A DNA stretch of 60,485 bases from an uncultured Clostridia bacterium (GCA_944386345.1 CALXAR010000002.1:1-60485); one strand, 5' to 3'; shown: positions 1 through 8,805, counted from the first letter of the stretch. Notes: generated from the letters alone by a model not told the origin. Numbers and translations: made by a program.

Positions 1-1178
1 GTATCTATAGTTTCAAATTTATTTTCTTCTTTAACAGCATCTGTATTTTCTACTATTTGCGTTTGAATTTCTTCTTGTTTTTGCTCTTCTTCATCTTCTA
101 CTTCAAATTCTTGGGCAATTTCATTTATTTCATCATCGTCTTTTTTATCTATAGTGTCTAAACTATCCGCTTTTGTTTCCTTTACTATTTCCTCGTTTTC
201 CTCTTTAATTCTTTTTTCATTTTGCTCATCATACTTTTTAATACTATCGTTTAATTGCTCTTCTAGCTCTCTTTTTAATTTTTCTTTAACTCTCTCAAGC
301 TCGGCATCTTGCTTTGCTTTTATCATATCAAGCTCAGCTTGTCTTTTATCTACTTCATTTATTTCCTCTTTTTTCTCGATTTGCTCTGCTAATTCTACTT
401 TTGGCTTTGCTTCTTCTTGTGGAAGCTCTATTTCAATTTCAATATCTTCATTTATATTACTATCAGATGAATTTTCCACCTTTATATTTTTTGGCTTTCT
501 TTTATTTTTTTCATAATTATATTCATCTGGAAGCGGTATATTTACATCATACTTTTGCTCTTCTTTTTCTTCAAAATAATATTCTTTGAAAAATTCCTCT
601 TTGTTATATACATCTATACTTGCTACAGGAGCATCGACTTTTATATCTGCGTTATCATCTTTTTGAGAATTAATTTTTACTCCATATCTTTTAAAGCATA
701 TTGCATCTGGAAATTCAATATATCCTCCCTTTTCTTTTCTATCACATATATCTTTTAAATACTCTTTTGCTTTTTTATATGTCATTGAGAATATATCTAA
801 AGAAACTCCATCAATTGTAACTGTAATTTTATCACAGTCTTCTTTCTTATTATATAGTGTAATCTTTCCAAAAACAGAGTCTAAAGAAAGCTCAAAATCT
901 TTAGATTTAATCCCTTCAAATGGATAAATTATAGTACCTTTATATTTTATATTTGCATGTTCTACAATAATTCTAAAAGTATCATCATCATCATCAATAA
1001 CTTTAAAAGTAACTTTTACTTTATCTTTTTCATCTATTCTATTTGCTTCATTATATATTATTTTTATAATATCTTTTACTTCTAAATCTTCTTTTTTAGC
1101 AAAGTCCTTTAGTTTTTCATCTCCCTTTTTATCTAAAGTCTTTAAATCTAAAAAAAATGCTGTATTTTTTACTCCCAT
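1..1178 (-). CDS. hypothetical protein, C-terminus cut by the window edge; ~190 aa globular N-terminal part followed by a long Glu/Lys-rich acidic tail
   Basis: Absent from the ORF track because there is no stop in the window. Minus-strand ATG at 1178-1176 is preceded by a GAGGTG SD. The frame (MGVKNTAFFLDLKTLDKKGDEK...) stays open to position 1. Plus-strand ORFs 154..758 are its low-complexity antisense shadows. Confidence 0.6.
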   Translation of the reverse strand, partial: MGVKNTAFFLDLKTLDKKGDEKLKDFAKKEDLEVKDIIKIIYNEANRIDEKDKVKVTFKVIDDDDDTFRIIVEHANIKYKGTIIYPFEGIKSKDFELSLDSVFGKITLYNKKEDCDKITVTIDGVSLDIFSMTYKKAKEYLKDICDRKEKGGYIEFPDAICFKRYGVKINSQKDDNADIKVDAPVASIDVYNKEEFFKEYYFEEKEEQKYDVNIPLPDEYNYEKNKRKPKNIKVENSSDSNINEDIEIEIELPQEEAKPKVELAEQIEKKEEINEVDKRQAELDMIKAKQDAELERVKEKLKRELEEQLNDSIKKYDEQNEKRIKEENEEIVKETKADSLDTIDKKDDDEINEIAQEFEVEDEEEQKQEEIQTQIVENTDAVKEENKFETID

Positions 1179-1320
1179 TTAATACACCTCGTTTTTTATA
1201 TTTTAATTTAAATTTTATCTTAATAACATTATGTTTAATATTATACTATATTTTGGCTACTTTTTCAATATTTATGCCTTTTATATTCTTTTATTTTTCA
1301 TCTTTTTTCGTCATTTAATA

Positions 1321-1349
1321 TTGACTTTTAGGCTCTTAAAATGTATACT
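1321..1349 (+). promoter_or_regulatory. sigma-A type promoter for pyk
   Basis: TTGACT (1321-1326), 17 nt spacer, TATACT (1344-1349), ~75 nt upstream of the pyk ATG. Confidence 0.55.
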
Positions 1350-1423
1350 AATAATTGCATTAGGCAAAATATTTATAGTAAGCTTAAAATATTTTGTAAT
1401 TTTAGAATAAGGAGATGTAAAAG

Positions 1424-2872
1424 ATGAAAAAAACTAAAATTGTTTGTACAATTGGACCAGCTAGCCAAGATAAAGAAGTTTTAACATCTTTAATCAAAGC
1501 TGGAATGAATGTAATGAGATTAAACTTCTCACATGGAGATCATGAGGAACACTTAGCTAAAGTTAAAACATTAAGAGAAATTAACGCAGAACTTGGAACT
1601 AATGTTGCTTTCATGCTTGACACAAAAGGACCAGAAATTAGAACAGGATCTTTTGGAAGTGATCAAAACACAAAAATGAGTTTTACAAAGGGAGATAAAA
1701 TAACTTTAACAACTAAAGAAGTTGAAGGAACAAAAGATCTTCTATATGTAAACTATGAAGGTCTACCACAAGATGTTGAGGTTGGTGGACATATTTTAAT
1801 TGATGATGGTTTAGTTGATTTATTAATCGACGAAATAAACGGAGATGAAATTAAATGTACTTTCCAAAACTCAGCTGTTTTAAAAGGAAGACGTGGTGTT
1901 AACGTTCCTGGAGCAAAATTACAACTAAAAGCTATGACTGAAAAAGATAAATCTGATTTAAAATTTGCAGTTGAAAACGATTTTGATTTCATTGCTGCAT
2001 CATTTATTAGAAAACCTCAAGATGTTATAGAGATGAAAGAATATCTTGATTCTTGCGGAGAAAATCATATCAAAATCATTTCTAAAATAGAAAATCAAGA
2101 AGGTCTAGATAACTTTGATGAAATTCTAAAAGTTACAGATGGAATAATGGTTGCTCGTGGTGATTTAGGAGTTGAAATCCCTGAAGAAGAAGTTCCAGCA
2201 GCACAAAAAATGATGATAAAAAAATGTATTAAAGCCGGAAAACCAGTTGTTACTGCAACTCAAATGTTAGAATCAATGCAAAAAAATCCTAGACCAACAA
2301 GAGCTGAAGTATCTGACGTTGCTAATGCAATTTATGATGGAACTTCTGCTATTATGCTTTCTGGTGAATCAGCTCAAGGTGACTATCCACTAAACTGTGT
2401 TGAGACAATGACTAAGATAGCAAACGCTACAGAAAAAGAGATTCATTATTGGAAAAGATTTAAAAAATCAAATTTACTTAAAGCTTGTGATTGTGAATAT
2501 GAAAAACAAGATCCTAAAAAACAAGCAAATTTTGCTGTATGTTGCTCAGCACTATTTTCTAATGCAGATGCAGTTGTAGCTGTATCAGAAGATGGAAACA
2601 CTGCTTCTATTCTTTCAAGCTTTAGAATAGGTTGTCCAATATATGCTATAACACCAAGTGTTAAAGCTTACAGACACATGGCTATAGAGCAAAATGTAAC
2701 TCCAATACTTATTGAAGGAGAAAAAGACTTCTCTACACTTCTTAACAAAGGTCTAGAAGTTTTAAAAGAAAAAGACTACTTAAAAGATGGTAATACTATT
2801 GTATTAAGTGGTGGTTTCTTAAATGGTTCTTCTTTAGAAGATCAAATAACAGGAAAAATTGTTAGAGTTTAA
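1424..2872 (+). CDS. pyk: pyruvate kinase
   Basis: MKKTKIVCTIGPAS...MRLNFSHG...MVARGDLGVEIP family signature; AAGGAGA SD 8 nt upstream; 482 aa, no C-terminal PEP-utiliser extension. Confidence 0.95.
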   Translation: MKKTKIVCTIGPASQDKEVLTSLIKAGMNVMRLNFSHGDHEEHLAKVKTLREINAELGTNVAFMLDTKGPEIRTGSFGSDQNTKMSFTKGDKITLTTKEVEGTKDLLYVNYEGLPQDVEVGGHILIDDGLVDLLIDEINGDEIKCTFQNSAVLKGRRGVNVPGAKLQLKAMTEKDKSDLKFAVENDFDFIAASFIRKPQDVIEMKEYLDSCGENHIKIISKIENQEGLDNFDEILKVTDGIMVARGDLGVEIPEEEVPAAQKMMIKKCIKAGKPVVTATQMLESMQKNPRPTRAEVSDVANAIYDGTSAIMLSGESAQGDYPLNCVETMTKIANATEKEIHYWKRFKKSNLLKACDCEYEKQDPKKQANFAVCCSALFSNADAVVAVSEDGNTASILSSFRIGCPIYAITPSVKAYRHMAIEQNVTPILIEGEKDFSTLLNKGLEVLKEKDYLKDGNTIVLSGGFLNGSSLEDQITGKIVRV

Positions 2873-2900
2873 TCTATTATAATTTTAGTATAGGAAAAAT

Positions 2901-2931
2901 AAGGTAATTTTTATAATTACCTTATTTTTTT
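2901..2931 (+). terminator. intrinsic terminator after pyk
   Basis: aaggtaatt / aattacctt 9-bp stem, 5-nt loop, followed by a T-run. Confidence 0.7.
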
Positions 2932-2952
2932 ACTAATTTCTATTAATAAAAC

Positions 2953-2981
2953 TTGATTATTTGAAATAATTATGTTAAAAT
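2953..2981 (+). promoter_or_regulatory. sigma-A type promoter for rpmB
   Basis: TTGATT, 17 nt spacer, TAAAAT with upstream TG (extended -10). Confidence 0.5.
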
Positions 2982-3025
2982 ATGTGAGTAATTGATTTAT
3001 TCGAACAAAAAAGGAGGCTTATAAA

Positions 3026-3211
3026 ATGGCAAAATGTGAAATATGTGAAAAAGAAGTTAATTATCAAATGCAAGTGAGTCACTCTCACAGAAGAACTTCA
3101 AGAACATTTAAACCAAATGTACAATCTGTAAAAGTAAATGATAACGGAACACCAAGAAAAATGAATGTTTGTACTAGATGTTTAAGAAGTGGAAAAGTTG
3201 AAAGAATATAA
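3026..3211 (+). CDS. rpmB: 50S ribosomal protein L28
   Basis: MAKCEICEK...VSHSHRRT.R.F.PN.Q is typical L28; AAAGGAGG SD. Confidence 0.95.
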   Translation: MAKCEICEKEVNYQMQVSHSHRRTSRTFKPNVQSVKVNDNGTPRKMNVCTRCLRSGKVERI

Positions 3212-3214
3212 ATT

Positions 3215-3242
3215 AGAAACCATATTGTGGTTTCTTTTTTTT
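3215..3242 (+). terminator. intrinsic terminator after rpmB
   Basis: agaaacca / tggtttct stem followed by T7. Confidence 0.7.
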
Positions 3243-3244
3243 AT

Positions 3245-3273
3245 ATAAAAAAAGAAGAGTATTTACTCTTCTT
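3245..3273 (-). terminator. intrinsic terminator of the patatin-like gene
   Basis: aagaagagt / actcttctt stem overlapping the stop codon; T-run on the minus strand. Confidence 0.6.
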
Positions 3274-4447
3274 ACCTATTCATATAATTTACTAACTCTA
3301 CCATTGCTTCTCCTGCCTCTTTATATTCACTAAAAAATTTCTTTATAATTTTGTTCTTATTATACTTTGGCTGTAAAGTAACAATATCTATAAAAAGGCA
3401 AAGAATCATTTTTTTATTTATAATGTTTTGAATATTTTTCTTACTCTTTATATACTCAAAAATATCAGAAACTCCATTTTTCAATTTATTATATTCATTA
3501 AGATATACATTATGTACGCTATATAATTCAGACAAAAAGTTTTTATAATTATATACTTTATATAGCTCTATATCATATAATTTAGCAGCTGTTTCTAATC
3601 CATATATTGTCTTTAGACTAAATACATCGATAAATTTTTCAAAATCTCTTTTATCAAAATAATAGTAGTGTCCTTGTAGTTTATTAAATGATTTCATTGT
3701 ATCTAAATATCCCATCTTTATATTCTTCTTAATACGAGCTCTATCAAAATCAAATATACTTCCTAGATCTTCATTTGGTCTAATTATTTTAATATACGCA
3801 TTTTTATTTTGAATTCTTCTACTTATTCCACCATTTGATATATCTATTACTATTATTTTTTCATACCCTTTATTAAGTAGCATATTTACTGGCACATTAT
3901 CATACATACCTCCGTCGATGTACTGTCTATCTCCTATTTTTTGTGGCTTAAAAATAGGAAAGCAAGCTGATGCTAAAATATATTCATAGAGTTCTTCTTT
4001 TCTTATATCATCTTTAAATACTTCCAAAGATTTATTTTTCAAGTCAAGTGATGTTGTTACAATACCATAATCAATCTTTGAATTATATACTTTATCTATA
4101 TTAATATATTTTTCCATCAAATTTTTCATAGGGGTATTTTCAAGTCCTTTATTTTTAGCAAATTCTTTTGTAAATTTTATTATATTTTCTCTACTAAAAA
4201 TATTTCCTTCGCTTAGTTTATTTGACTCAGAGACTTTAACTAAATCTTCAAACTTTATATTATCATATAGCTCTATAATTTTTTCATAATTATCTTGTAA
4301 AAATAAAGCTCCATTTATTGCACCTATTGATGTACCTACAATAGCTGTAATATTTATATTAAGCTCTTTTAAAGCTTTCCATGCTCCAACTTCATAAGCG
4401 CCTTTCGTTCCTCCACCTGCAAGTACAAGTCCATATGCTTTCTTCAT
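3272..4447 (-). CDS. patatin-like phospholipase family protein
   Basis: N-terminal GGGTKGAYEVG oxyanion motif, GTSIG (GxSxG) nucleophile elbow, DGG catalytic Asp motif; GAAGGAG SD. Confidence 0.85.
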   Translation of the reverse strand: MKKAYGLVLAGGGTKGAYEVGAWKALKELNINITAIVGTSIGAINGALFLQDNYEKIIELYDNIKFEDLVKVSESNKLSEGNIFSRENIIKFTKEFAKNKGLENTPMKNLMEKYINIDKVYNSKIDYGIVTTSLDLKNKSLEVFKDDIRKEELYEYILASACFPIFKPQKIGDRQYIDGGMYDNVPVNMLLNKGYEKIIVIDISNGGISRRIQNKNAYIKIIRPNEDLGSIFDFDRARIKKNIKMGYLDTMKSFNKLQGHYYYFDKRDFEKFIDVFSLKTIYGLETAAKLYDIELYKVYNYKNFLSELYSVHNVYLNEYNKLKNGVSDIFEYIKSKKNIQNIINKKMILCLFIDIVTLQPKYNKNKIIKKFFSEYKEAGEAMVELVNYMNR

Positions 4448-4484
4448 ATTAATTTACTCCTTCACAATTATATTTTACAATGAT

Positions 4485-4513
4485 ATTATATAACTTAAGT
4501 AAATTAATTACAA
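4485..4513 (-). promoter_or_regulatory. sigma-A type promoter for the patatin-like gene
   Basis: Minus strand TTGTAA, 17 nt spacer, TATAAT, located between the micro-ORF stop and the patatin start. Confidence 0.5.
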
Positions 4514-4517
4514 TACA

Positions 4518-4586
4518 TTATATTTTGAATATTGATTTAAGTATCATCTTCATAAATTTTCCAGGTTTATATATTACTATTTTCAT
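4518..4586 (-). CDS. 22-aa micro-ORF, SpoVM-like amphipathic peptide (candidate)
   Basis: MKIVIYKPGKFMKMILKSIFKI; AGGAGG SD 8 nt upstream; resembles B. subtilis SpoVM (MKFYTIKLPKFLGGIVRAMLGSFRKD) in the MK..IK.PKF...I pattern; lies near rpmB as spoVM does in B. subtilis. Confidence 0.35.
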   Translation of the reverse strand: MKIVIYKPGKFMKMILKSIFKI

Positions 4587-4601
4587 ATATTATTCCTCCT
4601 T

Positions 4602-4754
4602 TTAACAAAAAAGCCAAGTTATGCCAAATATAACAATTGCTATTGCGCAAATTGCTACCCAGCCCCAAAAAGGAAGAACAAGACTCACTCCTACTCCTAT
4701 CCCAAAAGCAAGTAAAAATAATCCTATAGTTTTTCTAAATCCACTTGTAAACAT
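4602..4754 (-). CDS. 50-aa small membrane protein (two predicted TM helices)
   Basis: MFTSGFRKTIGLFLLAFGIGVGVSLVLPFWGWVAICAIAIVIFGITWLFC; AAGGAGGA SD 7 nt upstream; below the ORF-track size cutoff. Confidence 0.5.
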   Translation of the reverse strand: MFTSGFRKTIGLFLLAFGIGVGVSLVLPFWGWVAICAIAIVIFGITWLFC

Positions 4755-4808
4755 AAATCTAATCCTCCTTTTTGACAAACAACATATATTGTTGTAAAAT
4801 AACTACTA

Positions 4809-4835
4809 TATACTATGTTTTAGGAGAATTAATGT
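4809..4835 (-). promoter_or_regulatory. mother-cell type (sigma-K/sigma-E-like) promoter upstream of the two micro-ORFs
   Basis: Minus strand AC, 16 nt spacer, CATAgtaTA (matches AC-16/17-CATAnnnTA); overlaps the nth start region on the other strand. Confidence 0.4.
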
Positions 4836-5481
4836 GAGTAAAAAATATATAAGTCAAACAAAAAAACAAAGTGAAGAAACAATAAAAATACTAATTGATA
4901 CATATAAAGATGCAAAATGTGGACTTGATTATACTAGTCCTTTTTATCTTGTCGTTGCTTTAATTTTAGCAGCACAATGCACTGACAAAAGAGTAAATGA
5001 AATCACTCCACTTTTTTTTAAGCGTTTTCCAACTATTGAAGATGTTAAAAATGCTTCAATAGAAGATGTAATTAATATAATCAGGCCATGTGGCTTTTAC
5101 AAAAATAAAGCTCATTCTATTATAGAGAGTGCAAGAATTGTATGTGACGAGTTTAATGGTAAAGTACCTAATACAATGGAAGACTTAACTAAACTTTGCG
5201 GAATCGGAAGAAAATCTGCAAATATAATACTACAAGAGTGTTTTGGAAAAATCGAAGGAATAGCTGTAGATACACATGTAACAAGAATATCAAGGAAAAT
5301 AGGGTTTTCAAATGGTAAAACTCAAATACAAATTGAAAATGAGCTATTAAAACGCTTTGATAAGAAATATTGGGGAAAGATAAACCATGTGTTAGTTTTA
5401 CATGGAAGAGCAATTTGCATTGCAAATAGACCTAAATGTGATGAATGTCCAATTAGTAATCTATGCAAAAAGAACGACTAA
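4834..5481 (+). CDS. nth: endonuclease III
   Basis: HhH-GPD region (LCGIGRKSANIIL) and C-terminal 4Fe-4S cluster loop CIANRPKCDECPISNLC; GTG start with GGAG SD. Confidence 0.9.
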   Translation: MSKKYISQTKKQSEETIKILIDTYKDAKCGLDYTSPFYLVVALILAAQCTDKRVNEITPLFFKRFPTIEDVKNASIEDVINIIRPCGFYKNKAHSIIESARIVCDEFNGKVPNTMEDLTKLCGIGRKSANIILQECFGKIEGIAVDTHVTRISRKIGFSNGKTQIQIENELLKRFDKKYWGKINHVLVLHGRAICIANRPKCDECPISNLCKKND

Positions 5482-5509
5482 TAGCCGTTCTTTTTTATTA
5501 TTAATTTTC

Positions 5510-5989
5510 TTATATCTCTTTTAATATAATATGTTTAATATTACCATCTACCTTTTTTAACTCTTCAAAAATCTCTCTAGGCTTTATTATTGTCTTAGTA
5601 TCATCAAGATTAAACCATTTAAAAATCAAATCTTTTCCTTCTTCTATTCCATTAAACTCTTTAATTTTTAATAATTCACTATTATTGTCTAATTCAATTA
5701 AATAATAAAATGAAATTTGATGTACATTATATTCTACTAAATAATTAAAGAAGTTTTCTACAATTGCTAAAAGCTTACTAATTTTAACCCTCTCACCGAT
5801 TTCCTCTTTAAATTCTCTAATTATTGCCTCATCAGAGCTTTCAAAACAAGATATTGAGCCTCCTGGGAACCCCCATGTATTTTTACCTTTTCTTCCCTGA
5901 AGCAGTATTTTATTTTTATACTTAACTACACCAATTGCTCTACACACAAACTGTGAACCATCTTTTAAATGAAATTTTATATCACCCAT
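5510..5989 (-). CDS. NUDIX hydrolase
   Basis: Nudix box GGSISCFESSDEAIIREFKEEIGE (GX5EX7REUXEEXGU). Confidence 0.85.
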   Translation of the reverse strand: MGDIKFHLKDGSQFVCRAIGVVKYKNKILLQGRKGKNTWGFPGGSISCFESSDEAIIREFKEEIGERVKISKLLAIVENFFNYLVEYNVHQISFYYLIELDNNSELLKIKEFNGIEEGKDLIFKWFNLDDTKTIIKPREIFEELKKVDGNIKHIILKEI

Positions 5990-6048
5990 TTTACTTTTCT
6001 CCTTATATGCATTATTTCATATTCATAAAAAATTAACAATAATAAATG

Positions 6049-6077
6049 CAAAAAAAAATCATCTAAAAAGATGATTT
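6049..6077 (-). terminator. intrinsic terminator after tRNA-Leu
   Basis: aaatcatct / agatgattt stem followed by a T-run on the minus strand. Confidence 0.65.
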
Positions 6078-6081
6078 AATG

Positions 6082-6166
6082 TGGTGCGGGTAAAAGGACT
6101 TGAACCTTCACGCCTCGCGGCATCGGCTTCTAAGACCGACGTGTCTGCCAATTCCACCATACCCGC
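6082..6166 (-). tRNA. tRNA-Leu (anticodon UAG), long variable arm, encoded CCA
   Basis: Reverse complement GCGGGTATGGTGGAATTGGCAGACACG-TCGGT-CTTAGAA-GCCGA-...GGTTCAAGTCC...TACCCGCACCA folds as a class II cloverleaf. Confidence 0.9.
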
Positions 6167-6180
6167 GACTACGTTATTAA

Positions 6181-6209
6181 TAATACCACTACTGTTATAC
6201 TTTGTCAAT
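6181..6209 (-). promoter_or_regulatory. sigma-A promoter for tRNA-Leu
   Basis: Minus strand TTGACA, 17 nt spacer, TATTAT, ~15 nt upstream of the mature 5' end. Confidence 0.55.
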
Positions 6210-6271
6210 ACTTTTTAATAAATTTATATAAAAATTACGACTTGTTTTGTATAATTGTTATTGTAATTTAA

Positions 6272-6300
6272 TTGACAAACTTTTGTTTGTTTGATATAAT
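6272..6300 (+). promoter_or_regulatory. consensus sigma-A promoter for rmuC
   Basis: TTGACA, 17 nt spacer, TATAAT with TGn. The ORF-track TTG start at 6272 is this -35 box. Confidence 0.65.
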
Positions 6301-6328
6301 TTTTCCTATACAGAAAAGGGGTAAATAT

Positions 6329-7618
6329 ATGGATTTAAATATAATTTTATGCTTTGCTATAATAGCTCTACTACTCGTTATTATGGCACTAATAATTAGT
6401 CTAAAAAAGAGCTCAAATAATTCAGATTCTCTAAGAAGAGAAATTTCTACTATGCTTATGCAAACTCGTGAAGAATTACAAAACAATTTGGGCTCTAAAA
6501 TAACTGAAAATTCAAACACACAACAGTTGCAACTTGCAAATTTAACAAATATAAATGAACAAAAATTAGAAAATACTCGTAAAAGTACAGAAGAAAAGCT
6601 AGAGCTTATTCGTAGGACTGTTGAAGATAGACTACTATATATGCAAAAAGATAATGCTGATAAACTAGAAAAAATGAGAGTTACTGTAGATGAAAAACTT
6701 CAAGGAACACTTGAGCAAAGACTAGGAGAATCTTTTAAAGTTGTTAATGACAGACTTGAATCTGTATATAAAGGCTTAGGAGAAATGCAAACATTAGCTC
6801 AAGGAGTTGGAGATTTAAAGAAAATCTTTACTAATGTTAAAGCTCGTGGTACATGGGGAGAAATTGAGCTTGGAAATATACTTGAAGAATATTTAACTCC
6901 AGACCAATACATACGTAGTGCTAAAACTAAACCTAATGCTACCGAATTTGTTGAATTTGCAATAAAACTTCCAGGAAAAACTGATGGGCAAAATGTATTA
7001 CTTCCTGTAGATTCAAAATTCCCAGTTGAAGATTACAAACGTCTTGTAGATTCAGAAGAAGCTGGAGATGTTGATGTAATAAATAGCGCTAGAAAAAATC
7101 TTGAAAACTCAATAAAATTATTTGCAAAAGATATTCACGATAAATATATTGAAACACCTTACACAACAGACTTTGGTATAATGTTCTTACCTACTGAGAG
7201 CCTATACTGTGAAGTACTAAAAAATACTGCTTTAATTGAGACTCTTAATCAAAAATATAGAGTAGTTGTATCTGGTCCCTCTACTTTTGTAGCACTTTTA
7301 AATAGCCTACAAATGGGATTTAGAACTCTAGCAATTGAGAAAAGATCAAGTGAAGTTTGGAAATTACTTGGTGGCGTAAAATCAGAATTTGAAAAGTTTG
7401 GTGACTTACTAGATAAAACAAATAAAAAGCTTCAAGAAATAAGCAACACAATGGAAAGAGCAAGTGCAAAAACACGAACAATTCAAAGAAAATTAAAAAA
7501 TGTAGAAGCACTTCCTGTAGATAATGAAGATGAGTTTTATGGTACAGATCTACTTGATGCTCTTCCATCTTCTGACAATATAGTTGAAGACTCAGAATAT
7601 AACGTAAACGAAGAATAA
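6329..7618 (+). CDS. rmuC: DNA recombination protein RmuC
   Basis: N-terminal TM helix, long coiled coil, and a C-terminal RmuC nuclease-like region (DFGIMFLPTESLY...VVSGPSTFVALL). Start moved to the ATG at 6329, which has an AAAGGGG SD downstream of the promoter. Confidence 0.85.
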   Translation: MDLNIILCFAIIALLLVIMALIISLKKSSNNSDSLRREISTMLMQTREELQNNLGSKITENSNTQQLQLANLTNINEQKLENTRKSTEEKLELIRRTVEDRLLYMQKDNADKLEKMRVTVDEKLQGTLEQRLGESFKVVNDRLESVYKGLGEMQTLAQGVGDLKKIFTNVKARGTWGEIELGNILEEYLTPDQYIRSAKTKPNATEFVEFAIKLPGKTDGQNVLLPVDSKFPVEDYKRLVDSEEAGDVDVINSARKNLENSIKLFAKDIHDKYIETPYTTDFGIMFLPTESLYCEVLKNTALIETLNQKYRVVVSGPSTFVALLNSLQMGFRTLAIEKRSSEVWKLLGGVKSEFEKFGDLLDKTNKKLQEISNTMERASAKTRTIQRKLKNVEALPVDNEDEFYGTDLLDALPSSDNIVEDSEYNVNEE

Positions 7619-7626
7619 TAATTCTC

Positions 7627-7652
7627 TTAAGACCAGAGCAATCTGGTCTTAA
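7627..7652 (+). terminator. hairpin after rmuC (no clear U-tract)
   Basis: ttaagaccag / ctggtcttaa 10-bp stem with a 6-nt loop. Confidence 0.35.
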
Positions 7653-7653
7653 A

Positions 7654-7682
7654 TTGACTTTTATATACATTTATGATACAAT
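7654..7682 (+). promoter_or_regulatory. sigma-A promoter for the glmU-like gene
   Basis: TTGACT, 17 nt spacer, TACAAT with TGn. Confidence 0.55.
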
Positions 7683-7740
7683 TTCCTTGTTATATTTTGA
7701 AATGTAATTATATAACATATAATAAGGAGAAGTGATATTA

Positions 7741-8805
7741 ATGAATAAAGTGAAAGCTATTGTTTTGGCAGGTGGTAAAGGAACTAGAATGAAATCAAAC
7801 CTACCAAAGGTACTTCATAAGGTTTATGATAGATGTATTATAGATTATGTTTGTGATGCTTGTGAAAACGCAAATATTGATGATATTTATGTTATTGTAG
7901 GTCATAAACATGAAGATGTAGAAGCAAGATTAAGCTCTAGAGAAAATGTAAAATGTATCTATCAAAAAGAGCAATTAGGTACAGGACACGCAGCAATGCA
8001 AGCTAAAGATTATATAGAAGATGATGATTTAGTTTTAATTGTAAATGGAGATATGCCACTTATATCCTCTTACACAATAACATCATTCATTTCATTTTTA
8101 GAGATGGGAAATTATGATGGTGCTCTCGTTTCCGCTGTATTTGAAGAGACTCAAGGATATGGTAGAATTGTAAGAAATAAATTTGGAAATCTATCTAAAA
8201 TAGTTGAGCAAAAAGATTGCAATGAAGATGAGCTTGCAATAAAAGAAGTAAATACTGGTCTATATTGCTTCAAAGGAAAATATCTAAAAGAGACTTTTTC
8301 AAAATTAAATAATAACAATGCTCAAAAAGAATATTATATTACAGACATTCCATATTATATTATAGAAAAAGGTGGCAGAATTGGTGTCTATGTAATACAA
8401 AATCCTGATGAAGTTCAAGGTGTTAATTCTAGAAACGATTTATCTATTGTTACAAAAACTCTTTTAAGAGATAACCGTATAAAGCATATGGACAATGGAG
8501 TTACTCTAATTGATCCGGATAACACATATATTTCATTAGACGTTTCTATTGGAAAAGATACAATAATCTATCCTGGAACAAATATTCAAGGTGAGACAAT
8601 AATTGGTGAAAACTGTGTTATAGGGCCAAATTCAACTATTATATCTTCATCAATTGGAGATAATACAATAGTTGAAAGCTCAAAAATTGATAGAGCATCA
8701 ATTGGAAGCAATTGTAAAATAGGACCATTTACGTATGTAACTAAAAACACATATGTAAAAGATAATACTAGTCTTTCTTCACTAGAAGAAATTCATAATA
8801 AATAA
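7741..8805 (+). CDS. GlmU-like N-acetylglucosamine-1-phosphate uridyltransferase with a C-terminally short hexapeptide domain
   Basis: LAGGKGTRMKSNLPKVLH, QLGTGHA, NGDMPLI, NTGLYCF, EYYITD and GVNSR motifs match the GlmU uridyltransferase half. The LbH part stops at ~348 aa, versus ~450-460 aa that I recall for GlmU. Start set at the ATG 7741 after an AAGGAGA SD. Confidence 0.7.
   Translation: MNKVKAIVLAGGKGTRMKSNLPKVLHKVYDRCIIDYVCDACENANIDDIYVIVGHKHEDVEARLSSRENVKCIYQKEQLGTGHAAMQAKDYIEDDDLVLIVNGDMPLISSYTITSFISFLEMGNYDGALVSAVFEETQGYGRIVRNKFGNLSKIVEQKDCNEDELAIKEVNTGLYCFKGKYLKETFSKLNNNNAQKEYYITDIPYYIIEKGGRIGVYVIQNPDEVQGVNSRNDLSIVTKTLLRDNRIKHMDNGVTLIDPDNTYISLDVSIGKDTIIYPGTNIQGETIIGENCVIGPNSTIISSSIGDNTIVESSKIDRASIGSNCKIGPFTYVTKNTYVKDNTSLSSLEEIHNK

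Noticed and set aside
154-758. Plus-strand ORFs 154..516, 314..589 and 555..758 encoding Ser/Phe/Leu-rich peptides
   Set aside because: They are low-complexity antisense shadows of the acidic minus-strand gene that runs from 1178 off the window edge. They have no SD and an implausible composition.
3272-4447. Patatin-like phospholipase as a CBASS (CapV-like) defence effector
   Set aside because: No CD-NTase/cyclase, no Cap2/Cap3-like genes and no other defence genes are adjacent. The neighbours are rpmB, nth and micro-ORFs, so a housekeeping lipase is more likely.
5990-6270. tRNA-Leu (and tRNA-Gln at 55099-55173) as integration hot spots flanking genomic islands
   Set aside because: No integrase, no direct repeat of a tRNA 3' end and no phage or plasmid genes occur on either side. 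Both tRNAs have their own promoter and terminator in core context.
6268-6328. ORF-track N-terminal extensions, e.g. rmuC from 6272, the hypothetical from 9572, the PLD-like gene from 53352 and the BofC-like gene from 36847
   Set aside because: The extended starts fall inside promoter hexamers (6272 is the -35 box), inside terminator hairpins (9572), or overlap upstream genes. Internal ATGs with good SDs fit better.
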